64,000 bases of DNA from a virus. How positions within the stretch are numbered: the first letter of the stretch is position 1; every line of letters begins with the position of its first letter. A program made the position numbers and the translations under genes. The notes beneath the pieces were generated by a model that saw only the letters and a list, made by a program, of their open reading frames with translations, made no database searches and was not told the origin of the DNA. This document shows, in pieces, positions 18,502-27,816 of this stretch. The DNA lies in IMG/VR virus record IMGVR_UViG_3300045988_054550, positions 7,976-71,975 of that record; one strand, given 5' to 3'.

Positions 18502-18822
18502 TTAGTTCGTTTTCATCATTATACCACCGATATTCCCCCTTGGCAACTGCCAAATATATACATGGACTTTTGTTATTTCATAGGCAAACTTCGCAATTTC
18601 CAAGAAAATTATGCTTTCGCGAATATAACATCTGACATTGCAAATTTTCTTGATCTCGCTCAACTCCTGCATCTGGACGGAATAAATTTGTTCCGCAGCT
18701 TTTTTTGTGATCTGCGCATCTCTGCGGTGACGTTCTGTTATATCATGTGACGGTATATGCACCGCACAGAATATTTCGCAAAATATCAGGATGAATACGA
18801 CTATCCTGTATCTGTTCTTCTC
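18502..18822 (-). CDS. hypothetical single-pass membrane protein
   Basis: Tracked 110 aa ORF with hydrophobic N-terminus RIVVFILIFCEIFCAV. Coding status is uncertain. Confidence 0.3.
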   Translation of the reverse strand, partial: EKNRYRIVVFILIFCEIFCAVHIPSHDITERHRRDAQITKKAAEQIYSVQMQELSEIKKICNVRCYIRESIIFLEIAKFAYEITKVHVYIWQLPRGNIGGIMMKTN

Positions 18823-19006
18823 CATTACTACCAACTCTTTTCTAAAAATATATCACGCATTATAGCACAAATTTGTGTAGTTTTTCTGGCAAGCGCAAAA
18901 TCATGGAGTTTTTCTGCAAAAATAATCTACTTTTTTGATATTTTACTATGCATACTTTGTATGAGATGGTATAATATTGTAAAATTTTAACAAGGGAGGG
19001 GATTGT

Positions 19007-19255
19007 ATGAGCAAAGGCGAAAAGAAGAAAGATTCAACCCTGAGTGTCATTTCTTGTATTCTGGCAGGCGTGGCATTCATTCTTCCGTTGCCAATTATCC
19101 TGTCGTTTCCTCTGGCTCTGGCAGGAGCAATTGTAGGATTAGTAGATATTGGCACAAAGAAAGAGGAATATAGGCATATTGGCTCATGGTTCGGAATTAT
19201 TGTCGGAATCATTGAAGTAGTTTTTATTGTAGTGCAGTATATGAGATTTATTTAA
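19007..19255 (+). CDS. small multi-pass membrane protein
   Basis: 82 aa with GGGAGGGG RBS and two to three hydrophobic helices. Confidence 0.6.
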   Translation: MSKGEKKKDSTLSVISCILAGVAFILPLPIILSFPLALAGAIVGLVDIGTKKEEYRHIGSWFGIIVGIIEVVFIVVQYMRFI

Positions 19256-19275
19256 GAACAATTGGAGGGCATGAT

Positions 19276-20016
19276 ATGAAGAAAAAGATTATTGCATTAG
19301 TTTTATGTGGTGTTATGGCTCTGAGTGTCCCTGTATACGCCAAAGGCGGAAGCGTTTCGCTCAGTTCTGATGAATTGCAAGTGCCAAAAACAGAGCAGAA
19401 AAAAGATAAAAAAGAGAGTAAAAAGAAAAAGAACCAAGATATTACTGTAACGCAGAGCGGTTGGACTATTCAGACAAGTGATTATGATAACGACCGATAC
19501 GTTGCATATGGAGCTAAGGTTACTAACTCTAGTTCTAAAAAATATGGATATGTAACTTTAAATATTGTCGTAAAAGATGCTAACGGTAAAATATTAAAGA
19601 GCACTGATGATACATTTTCATCTATTGTTCCGGGAGATACTGTATTTTCGGCAGATAAAATTTACATTGGTCAATATGACCCAGCGTCTGTCGAGTTTTC
19701 TGTTTCATATGAAGACTCAGACTTTTTAGAGTCCGTTTCTGGCGACTCTGGAACGGATGCTTTTTCATTGTCAAACTTATCCGAAATGACAGACGAATAC
19801 AGTTACACCACAATTACCGGTGAGATTGAAAGTGAAGCCCCTGATAGCTGCACTTCCGCTTGCGTGACTGTTATTCTTAAACAAGGTGATGATATTGTCG
19901 GCGGTTTTTATGGCTATGTTGACGTGACAAGTGGCGAAACAACAGCTTTTGAAATCTCTGATTATGATCTGCCAGAACATGATAACGTAGAAATTTCAGC
20001 ACGTCCAACATTTTAA
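19276..20016 (+). CDS. secreted protein with two beta-rich (DUF4352-like) repeats
   Basis: Signal peptide MKKKIIALVLCGVMALSVPVYA. Repeated ...VTNSSSKKYGYVTLNIVVKDANG... and ...TGEIESEAPDSCTSACVTVILKQGDD... Confidence 0.6.
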   Translation: MKKKIIALVLCGVMALSVPVYAKGGSVSLSSDELQVPKTEQKKDKKESKKKKNQDITVTQSGWTIQTSDYDNDRYVAYGAKVTNSSSKKYGYVTLNIVVKDANGKILKSTDDTFSSIVPGDTVFSADKIYIGQYDPASVEFSVSYEDSDFLESVSGDSGTDAFSLSNLSEMTDEYSYTTITGEIESEAPDSCTSACVTVILKQGDDIVGGFYGYVDVTSGETTAFEISDYDLPEHDNVEISARPTF

Positions 20017-20039
20017 AAAGCAATTAACAAGAGGGGCAA

Positions 20040-20068
20040 CCGCCCCTCTTTCTCTTTGCCTGTCGTTC
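20040..20068 (+). terminator. rho-independent terminator
   Basis: GAGGGGC-aacc-GCCCCTC followed by a T-rich tail. Confidence 0.65.
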
Positions 20069-20278
20069 TTACAGGCAGTCTCTCTATCCACACATCCTTT
20101 CGGACACAGAAACCATATTTTGCGAATTTTGTCAAACTTTAATGCTTTACACTAACAATTTTAAGTGCTACACTTTGTTTGTGGGACAATAATACCACAA
20201 ACAGGAAGAAAAATGTGTGTACTGTCAAAATCATTGCGTATTTTGACAAAATTGAGACTACGAAAGGAGGGCGCGCAT

Positions 20279-20980
20279 ATGAGAATAGCCATATGTGACG
20301 ATAATCAGCTTGAAGTTGACTTGTTTAAAGAGCACATATCGGGATTCTTGCGGCGCAAAGGAGATTACCGGTATGAAATTAGCGAATATTCGGCGGGCTA
20401 TCCGCTTGTTGAAGATGTGAAAGAGGGTAAATGGTACGATGTAATTGTGCTGGATATGATTCTGGAAAATGAGAACGGTTTGGAGATTGCGAACCGGCTC
20501 CGGAATATTGGATATGATGGAAAGATTATATTCTGGACAGCCGACGATTCTCATTTGCAAGAAGCATTTGACGTCGGTGCTATGCAGTATGTGGTCAAGG
20601 GCAAGGAATACGGCAGAATATACCGAGCTATTGACGAGATTCTGTCACAGATGAAAGATGAAACATTGACGTTCAAATTCCGCGGGCAGATTAACCGGCT
20701 CAAATATGATGAAATCGAGTACATTGAAAGCCAGGCAAGGGTCTGTCATATTTTTGCGACAGATAACCGATGTTTCGTGACCACTTGCAAGCTGAACGAT
20801 CTGGAAGAAAAGCTGTCTGATAAGCGATTTTTGCGTTGCCATCAGAGCTATCTGGCGAACATGGATCACATTCAGTCGGCAGGTGATAATTTTGTCATGG
20901 ATTCCGGGGATGTTGTTCAGATAAGAAAAAATGGGGCAAGGGAAATCAAAGAAAAATATGAAAATTACATAATGAGATAA
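20279..20980 (+). CDS. LytTR-family response regulator (REC + LytTR), orphan
   Basis: MRIAICDDN, VIVLDMIL (phospho-acceptor Asp) and C-terminal LytTR pattern IEYIES...RCHQSYLAN. AAAGGAGGG RBS and ATG at 20279. Confidence 0.8.
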   Translation: MRIAICDDNQLEVDLFKEHISGFLRRKGDYRYEISEYSAGYPLVEDVKEGKWYDVIVLDMILENENGLEIANRLRNIGYDGKIIFWTADDSHLQEAFDVGAMQYVVKGKEYGRIYRAIDEILSQMKDETLTFKFRGQINRLKYDEIEYIESQARVCHIFATDNRCFVTTCKLNDLEEKLSDKRFLRCHQSYLANMDHIQSAGDNFVMDSGDVVQIRKNGAREIKEKYENYIMR

Positions 20981-21096
20981 ATAAAAACCGCCAGCGTCCG
21001 GAGGGAATTAACCGGGCTTACTGGCGGTTTCTGCTCACAAAGGGTGAATGTATGGAACAAAATTATTATATCATTTTGCCTGTTATATTACAAGCG

Positions 21097-22527
21097 TCAT
21101 TTGGCCATTTCTGTGATTCTTTTAAATGTTCCTTTTGGGATAAATTCAAAAACAAATCCCTCATCATTCGGATAAGGGATTCTGACAAAGTACCATCTTA
21201 ATCCTTTACTGTCAGTTTCCACATACTTCATAACTTCCACAACTGCACCTTTTTTCAGCTTTGGAAACAGTTTAGATGGGCTGTTTTTGTTTGATTCCAC
21301 ATAACATTTTGTGTCTTTTTTAATCTGTGCAATGTAGGCTCTGGTGTTCTGTTTTTTGACTGTATCTGAGTCTGAAGCTGGTGTTGTATTCTTAACTAAA
21401 CTGTAGTTTGGAGTGCAGAATTTTGTTCCCGGGAGGTTGCTGTTGTAGTAACTTTTTTGGCACACACCACCGCCATTTGCAATGATTGTAGAGCCACTAG
21501 AAGTATTTCCTTCGACTGTCCAGAACCGATCTCCTGACACTTTTATTACGATTCCAGTGTGTGTAAATGTGCCATTTCGATAAAAAATAACAATATCTCC
21601 AACTTTTGGATTGCTGTTCAGAGTAAACAAATCCGCCATTGTCGGACAATAAACGTATGGCCAATGTTTTAAGAGCTTCTTTGCTGTATCTAAACCAAAT
21701 GCTTTCATCATGCACCACGAAACAAACGCTGCGCACCACGGCTGTCCCTGATAATCCGGCTTAATATCTCGCCAGTATTTTGTATAATTATTTTCTCCGG
21801 CGTTTGCTGTCTTGCTGTCAAGCTGGCTATTGCTTGCTTTTTCAAGATATCCAACTTCATTCTTTGCGATCTGGATTAATTTGTCAATTGCGTTCATGCT
21901 CTTATCCTCACTTTCTGGAAAATATGTCTTTAATGCGTTATAAACAAATCTCTGCCGGCTCTTATATGCCCCGACCTGGTTCCCTGTATCGATCTGGCAG
22001 GCTGCATAGAGATTATCGAGTGTATATGGTTTCTGAGTCTTTGCCAGAATCCTCGTTACTGCTCCCTGTCCGCCTTGGTGCCTAAAGTTCACGCACATAG
22101 CTTGCCCTCTAGCGTCCGTAACGCCCTTTTTAAGGGCTTCTTCTGCGTAGATAGCTAATTGTTCGTCCATGAGGTTATCTTGGCATTTAACGCCGGTTTT
22201 GGACGATATGAGCCGTACGATTAAATTTGCAAACTGGCTGTTTCTGGAAATGTTAAAACAAGACCAGTCTGCCTCCTGCACCTGCTCCCATAATCCGATA
22301 CTGTCCAGTCTGTCCCATTGTGCCGTATCTGCATCATGAATCCGTTTCAAAAGCGTTTGTGCTTCGGTTGCGTACCACTGTCCGGCACCGATTGTAATTG
22401 CGTGTTCTTCAAAAGAATTAGTGTAGGCTTCTGTGAAGTCCGAATAATCCTGCTGTCCGTAAACCTGTCCGCCAGTTTCGACTGCATAAATAATCTTTCT
22501 GAGAACTGCTTTCTGCTCGTTTGTCAT
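21097..22527 (-). CDS. endolysin: N-terminal putative glycosidase + CHAP + SH3b-like
   Basis: CHAP signature QPWCAAFVSW...FTHTGIV...EGNTS. C-terminal SH3-like segment. N-terminal VETGG domain is unassigned. Confidence 0.75.
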   Translation of the reverse strand: MTNEQKAVLRKIIYAVETGGQVYGQQDYSDFTEAYTNSFEEHAITIGAGQWYATEAQTLLKRIHDADTAQWDRLDSIGLWEQVQEADWSCFNISRNSQFANLIVRLISSKTGVKCQDNLMDEQLAIYAEEALKKGVTDARGQAMCVNFRHQGGQGAVTRILAKTQKPYTLDNLYAACQIDTGNQVGAYKSRQRFVYNALKTYFPESEDKSMNAIDKLIQIAKNEVGYLEKASNSQLDSKTANAGENNYTKYWRDIKPDYQGQPWCAAFVSWCMMKAFGLDTAKKLLKHWPYVYCPTMADLFTLNSNPKVGDIVIFYRNGTFTHTGIVIKVSGDRFWTVEGNTSSGSTIIANGGGVCQKSYYNSNLPGTKFCTPNYSLVKNTTPASDSDTVKKQNTRAYIAQIKKDTKCYVESNKNSPSKLFPKLKKGAVVEVMKYVETDSKGLRWYFVRIPYPNDEGFVFEFIPKGTFKRITEMAK

Positions 22528-22639
22528 ATCACGTTGCTCCTTTCTGTTAAATATACCTTGTAAGCTCCGTATCTGCCCCTAAAATCAATTTTTATATATC
22601 ATTCAATGATTTTATCGAATTACACATAAAATCGTTATA

Positions 22640-23040
22640 TGGGTCAAATACAAGGTTGCTAATAAAAATGGTTCGATTCGGGCTGAAACGAATTAAGAAT
22701 GTCAGGGTCAAATAAGCCTTATTTGACGATTAATATATATCTCGTATATATATTAATTATATTCTTATTCTATTTCTTATTCTTATTCTATTGCGTTACA
22801 TTGCGTTACTGGTAACGTTATTGTAACGTTACATCGAGATATTATGTAAACGAAAATTGCTTGTTGACAGAAAACTTTCATCTGATTTTTTATAATTTCT
22901 AAGATGATTGATTTATTCTGAAAACAAGCAAAATTTACGTTTACAAATTATTCATTTTTTATTTTTAATATAGTTACATTTTAGTACGGTCAGGGCTGAG
23001 ATTTTGAGGTTATTTCGGCGAATAAGGGCTTATTTCTATT
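22640..23040. repeat. repeat-dense AT-rich non-coding block
   Basis: 21 bp palindrome 22707-22727. ttcttattcta tandem repeats 22761-22790. TTGCGTTAC x2 then GTAACGTTA x2 at 22791-22831. ~21 bp imperfect inverted repeat 22846-22866 / 22923-22945. GTCAGGG...AATAAGnnCTTATTT motif repeated at 22701 and 22989. Confidence 0.8.
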
Positions 23041-23066
23041 ACTCTGTATAATACACTTTATATATT

Positions 23067-23696
23067 TCAATCCGCTTTTAACCAAGCTTTCATTTCTTCA
23101 AGGTCATAGAAAAGTTTTGCCCCGTCTGTTGTTACAATTTTCTTTACATTGCTGACAGGTAGGTAATCGGTATAATATGTATGATGGAATTGTATATAAT
23201 GAAAATGCAAATTCATAAATGTATAGTTCCCGTTCCAAGAATATATCCCGTCTGAGTCTTTTTTCACTGCGGGTATCCCAGAAAACGAATATTGATCTGG
23301 AAGTTGTCCTTTACACGAATCATGTGGAATAATCCAAGGAGCGTCATCAGATACCGCCCCCATTGCAACGCTATAGACATCTGTATCAGGATGTTCTTTC
23401 GGCCTATATATCTTAACACAATACGCCATTTTTTTTGGAAGAATAGCGTCCACTGATGCGCGCATGTGATACCCTGCTTCATCAGTGGTTAATACTGGTG
23501 GTTGAACAATTCCTCCTATCGGGTCCATAACGTAAATACCTTTTTTAAACAAGAAGCATATGCCATATCTTACCGGTGGTATAATATCGTCTTTTCTCCA
23601 CAATAAGGTATTCCCGCCCCATATTTCTTTTGTTTCCTTACCTTTGACAGGAAATCCAGTGATTTCCTGTCTGTTCAAAAACGCCTTATATATCAT
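23067..23696 (-). CDS. hypothetical tail-tip associated protein
   Basis: 209 aa, last gene of the tail operon. Confidence 0.45.
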   Translation of the reverse strand: MIYKAFLNRQEITGFPVKGKETKEIWGGNTLLWRKDDIIPPVRYGICFLFKKGIYVMDPIGGIVQPPVLTTDEAGYHMRASVDAILPKKMAYCVKIYRPKEHPDTDVYSVAMGAVSDDAPWIIPHDSCKGQLPDQYSFSGIPAVKKDSDGIYSWNGNYTFMNLHFHYIQFHHTYYTDYLPVSNVKKIVTTDGAKLFYDLEEMKAWLKAD

Positions 23697-23700
23697 CTAA

Positions 23701-26700
23701 TCAGCCCTCCTCGAATGTGAAATACAATGTATCTGCCCGGTCAGTTCCTGCGGCTACAAGAGCGTCATAATCGGCTTTTTTTATTCGCTTTACGCACCTT
23801 AATTGTGCCTTTTTCAATTGCTCAGAAGTGCTACCAGAGCCACCAGAACCGTCCGTAAAATCATCGATCGTTGCTAGAGAAAATTCAGAATCCGAACCAT
23901 CTGTAAACTCTGCATAGCTGATTGTTGGCATTTCTGATCGGGTGCGGTTGACAGTTGCGGATATCTCAGGAGTATATTTTCCCAACTGCTGACTGTTACT
24001 ATTGAACGGCGCATTGTTGGCAGAATAGGTGTCTATCATGTCTGTAACGCCGATTTTAAGAATTCTACTCATGATGTATGAATGAACGTACCATTGCAGT
24101 TCTGTAGGCTCCTGATCATCGTGCTGAATCTGCTTTTTGTAATAAAGTTCGACTGCCTGTCCTACCATGTTCAGCGGGTTACCCTGAACCTCGACGGTAT
24201 ATCCCTGCGCACGATAATATTTCCGCAAATCTTGATTTACAAATACACCATAGCAAATTTTTATAATCGGCTCAGCCCTTGAAATACCGCCGTATTCATC
24301 AGCATCCCAAACGTAATTCAGCCAATCTTCATTCCCAACAAAGAAACTATTTCTGTTGTAATAAACATTGTTATCATACGCTTCTTGCGCTGTATAGTCG
24401 CCTTGCGTAAAGCCGAAGGCTCTATTCGGGTCAGGGTCACAAAATATAACATTTGGGAACCAAATTCTACCCTCTTTTGCGGTAAAACTTTTGAATGTAT
24501 CAAGATGTACTTCCTCGTTGTTGTAGTATTTATAAATATTCTGATTACTGGTGGTCTCTCCGTATTTGTAACTGTTCTGACGAAGCTTCAAATACTCAAA
24601 TTTTCCATCTCTATTCATCCATCCAAAGCGGTCATTTTGCAAGCATAAATCTTTCAAAATATTGACTACATTCATCTCGTTTGAGTTATTCGTATCAGGG
24701 ACATAGGTGTCGTCCCAATGCAGTTTTGTACTGACTTGTTCAAGCCCCAAAAACTCAAATAATTTATCCCTGAATTGCTTTTGAGTCAGCTTTTTCTTCT
24801 TATCAGTCGTCTGGTTTTTATACCACCGTGCAATGTCAGTATTTCGTAATTTATACAAATAATCATATGCAATAAAATTACGTGTTAATGAGTTTGCTTT
24901 TCGCTCTGCACTGTCGATTTCACCTGTAAAAATTTTAATTCTTGTTCCTTTTCTCTCGATGTAAACTTCTATTTTTCCAGAGGGATAAAACTCTTCCGAA
25001 GTGCCATTGAACTGATCGTGGTGAGCCTGAAACGTTATCTGATTGCAGACACAGCCGCCGAAAATGAAATAACTTTCAGAACAAATAGACTCCTGCAAAG
25101 TAAGCGTATTCTGGTCGATATTTTCATTTGTAAGGTCAGCAAATTCGCCGTTAATCCAGTGCACTGTAACATTGATCGGTTCAGTTTTTTCTTCTTCAAC
25201 TTCACCAGAGCCGCCGCCAGAACCGCCACTTGAACTATCATCAAATGGGTTTTTCCCGTCGTTCGTGACTTTAATTTGAAAGCTGTCAGAACCAACGAAT
25301 TTGGAAACTCCGTTGACCGTGGAATTATAAGAAACTGTGATGGTCTTAGAACCTGCGGTGGAACTATCGAAGCCAGAAATATCATAATCTGTAATTTCTT
25401 CTTCTGTTCCGTCCTGCCTTACCGATGCAACAGTCAGCCCGGACGGGTCGAATGTTTCTCCGATTTTGTAATAAATCTTGGATGGAAAACTTGTGATTCT
25501 TATTCCCGAAAGATCGTATACGGTCACTTTAAAAGTAGCGGTATGTGTTTTATAGGTTACTGTGATCGTCTTTTCACCAACGGAACCGCTATCAAAACCA
25601 GATATTTCGTAGCCAGTTGTTTTTATTTCTGATGTGCCGTCGGTATATTTAACAAGGATGGATAATCCGGTGGAATCAAAGCTGTCGCCGGAATAATATT
25701 TCAACTTGCGTGGGAGTGTTTCAATTTCAATTCCATCTATATCAATTGCTAAAACGTCAAAAGATGCACTTTGTTCATCGAATTCAAAAGTTATAGTATT
25801 ATTTCCACGTTTTGTGAGAATGTTCGGAAATGAAGAATCAATACTTCCTATTGGTACCAGTCCAGATGTATTGTTGTTGTAATACGCAGTAACTACAAGC
25901 CCTGTACTATCAAAAGCCTCACCAATAAGATATTTAACCTTTGTTGGCATGTGAGTAATTTCGAGTTTTTCCACTCGGACTAACCACGTAATTGTACCTG
26001 TGGCTCCCCATGGGGAACCTGAGATTTCATTGGTTTTTTTATTTAGAGCGATATTTGTCGTCACTTTCGTAGAAAAGGCGTTTTTGTCGATTTTAATCAC
26101 ACTCGCAGGAATCAAAACATTGGCAAGCTGAGTATTAGAAAATGCTAACTTCCAAATGAATTTAACGCCGTTTGCAATCTCTAAATTTTTAAGTGAGGTG
26201 TCCGAAAATGCACTTTCTTCAATACTTGTAACACTTGCAGGAATAGTAATTTCTGTGATTTTGCTACAGCTCGAAAAACAATATGCTGGTATTCTAGTTA
26301 TTCCGTTTTCTAGTGAAACACTCGATAATTTTGGGCATGAGTAAAATTGTCTAACTCCATTCAATTTTACACTTCCGGAAAGAGTCAGATTTTCTATTGT
26401 GCTATTATTATAAAATGCTCCATTATCTATGGTGCCGCCACGAATAACTGTATTCTTTGCTGATATGTTGTTTATATAAGTGCTTCCACTGGTTGCAAAT
26501 AGCGCACCATCTCCCCCTATTTCCAAGTGTTCAAGTGTACTCCCTTGAAAACTATATTGCATATTCTTTAATGTGGACGGAAGGGATAATTCAGTAATTA
26601 AAGGGCATTCATTAAAAGCTACAGGTGATATAGTTTCAAGTCCCTCGTGAAAGATAACCTTTTTTAAACTTGAGAGATTTGAAAAACTACTTGAACCAAT

Positions 26701-27393
26701 TTCTAAAACTGAATCGGGAATCTCCAGTGAAATCAGCGCACTACTTGAGAAACAGGATTGACCGATTTTTTTTAATGACTGTGGGAACACAATTTGCGTT
26801 ATTTTTGTTGAATAAAAGTTTCCATCGCAAATTTCTTCCAAAGTATTGGGAAATGAAATATCTTCAAGATTTTCATTCCCCCCAAATGCGCTAACTGGAA
26901 TTTTCGTAATTCCATTCCCAATATTTACTTTTTTAATTCTCGTTTTTATTGAACTTGGCGTGTTTTTTATATTGGAAAACGATAAAAATTCGCCTGTCCC
27001 AGTTACTTTTAGGAGACCAGTTTCGAGGTCAAATGTAATGTTTACATCTTCTAAATTTGGGGTTCCTGCCTGCACATTATACGAATCGACTACAGTAACT
27101 GCAAGTTCTGCAGTCAGTCCAGAATATTCAACTATTGAAATCTTTTCTCCTGCCTCAGATGTATCTACCTGCGATACTGTATATCCGCTTTTTATTGTCT
27201 CTGTAGTTCCATCGTCATAAGTCACTTCTATGCTTCTTACTCTTACATTACTTTTATCTCCAACGAAATAGCTTGTTCCATAATAACTTTTTGGTAAAAT
27301 ACTTATAGGCGTAGCCATAATCTCTCTCCCTGTTTCAGTAGTAAAAGAGCACATGAGCTGTGACACCCATGCACTCTGGTTTTTAGTATTCAA
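23701..27393 (-). CDS. tail tip protein: BspA-type LRR + three Ig-like repeats + Tal-like C-terminal half
   Basis: 1230 aa. LRR units (ITKIPVSAFGGNENLEDISFP...LEIPDSVLEIGSSSF...). Repeats xxPxKxxYxxGExFDxxGLxV. G/S linker. Sits after the tape measure and Dit. Confidence 0.7.
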   Translation of the reverse strand: MNTKNQSAWVSQLMCSFTTETGREIMATPISILPKSYYGTSYFVGDKSNVRVRSIEVTYDDGTTETIKSGYTVSQVDTSEAGEKISIVEYSGLTAELAVTVVDSYNVQAGTPNLEDVNITFDLETGLLKVTGTGEFLSFSNIKNTPSSIKTRIKKVNIGNGITKIPVSAFGGNENLEDISFPNTLEEICDGNFYSTKITQIVFPQSLKKIGQSCFSSSALISLEIPDSVLEIGSSSFSNLSSLKKVIFHEGLETISPVAFNECPLITELSLPSTLKNMQYSFQGSTLEHLEIGGDGALFATSGSTYINNISAKNTVIRGGTIDNGAFYNNSTIENLTLSGSVKLNGVRQFYSCPKLSSVSLENGITRIPAYCFSSCSKITEITIPASVTSIEESAFSDTSLKNLEIANGVKFIWKLAFSNTQLANVLIPASVIKIDKNAFSTKVTTNIALNKKTNEISGSPWGATGTITWLVRVEKLEITHMPTKVKYLIGEAFDSTGLVVTAYYNNNTSGLVPIGSIDSSFPNILTKRGNNTITFEFDEQSASFDVLAIDIDGIEIETLPRKLKYYSGDSFDSTGLSILVKYTDGTSEIKTTGYEISGFDSGSVGEKTITVTYKTHTATFKVTVYDLSGIRITSFPSKIYYKIGETFDPSGLTVASVRQDGTEEEITDYDISGFDSSTAGSKTITVSYNSTVNGVSKFVGSDSFQIKVTNDGKNPFDDSSSGGSGGGSGEVEEEKTEPINVTVHWINGEFADLTNENIDQNTLTLQESICSESYFIFGGCVCNQITFQAHHDQFNGTSEEFYPSGKIEVYIERKGTRIKIFTGEIDSAERKANSLTRNFIAYDYLYKLRNTDIARWYKNQTTDKKKKLTQKQFRDKLFEFLGLEQVSTKLHWDDTYVPDTNNSNEMNVVNILKDLCLQNDRFGWMNRDGKFEYLKLRQNSYKYGETTSNQNIYKYYNNEEVHLDTFKSFTAKEGRIWFPNVIFCDPDPNRAFGFTQGDYTAQEAYDNNVYYNRNSFFVGNEDWLNYVWDADEYGGISRAEPIIKICYGVFVNQDLRKYYRAQGYTVEVQGNPLNMVGQAVELYYKKQIQHDDQEPTELQWYVHSYIMSRILKIGVTDMIDTYSANNAPFNSNSQQLGKYTPEISATVNRTRSEMPTISYAEFTDGSDSEFSLATIDDFTDGSGGSGSTSEQLKKAQLRCVKRIKKADYDALVAAGTDRADTLYFTFEEG

Positions 27394-27808
27394 TCAGTGC
27401 GATTCTGATTTTGTTATACAAAATGTTATTTTCTACAACTCTGATAGGTTTATACTCAATATCAGGCATATAAAAAACACCTGTTTTGTAGGTGTTTTCT
27501 TCATCGTCCCAGTATGTGACCTTGTACTTCCGCTGTGCCTTATTGACTAAGCCCGATTTGAAAACAGACTGCATCTTTATTTTGTCCGGTAACCACATCG
27601 GTCGTGTGTTGAAGTCTATTTTGGTCTTAAAATTTGGGCTTGTGTCTCTGTGCAAGAGGTTATTCAAGTCTCTGTACGCTTCTATCTCTGTTCGCTGATT
27701 CGGAGTTGCGGAGTAATCATTATAGGCTAAGAATTTGTTCGGGAAAACACTTCCCCCAAACTTTAAAAAATAACCTTGGAAACTGCTTCCTGAAATAAAG
27801 TCACTCAT
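27383..27808 (-). CDS. distal tail protein (Dit)-like
   Basis: 141 aa, immediately after the tape measure gene (positional call). Confidence 0.45.
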   Translation of the reverse strand: MSDFISGSSFQGYFLKFGGSVFPNKFLAYNDYSATPNQRTEIEAYRDLNNLLHRDTSPNFKTKIDFNTRPMWLPDKIKMQSVFKSGLVNKAQRKYKVTYWDDEENTYKTGVFYMPDIEYKPIRVVENNILYNKIRIALIEY

Positions 27809-27816
27809 TCTATCAC

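Noticed and set aside
22761-22831. Short tandem repeats as a possible CRISPR array.
   Set aside because: The units are 9-11 bp and directly abutting, with no spacers. There are no cas genes. They look like iteron or operator repeats, not CRISPR.
23701-27393. A diversity-generating retroelement targeting the Ig/LRR tail protein.
   Set aside because: There is no reverse transcriptase ORF anywhere in the window, and I found no template/variable repeat pair near the 3' end of the gene.
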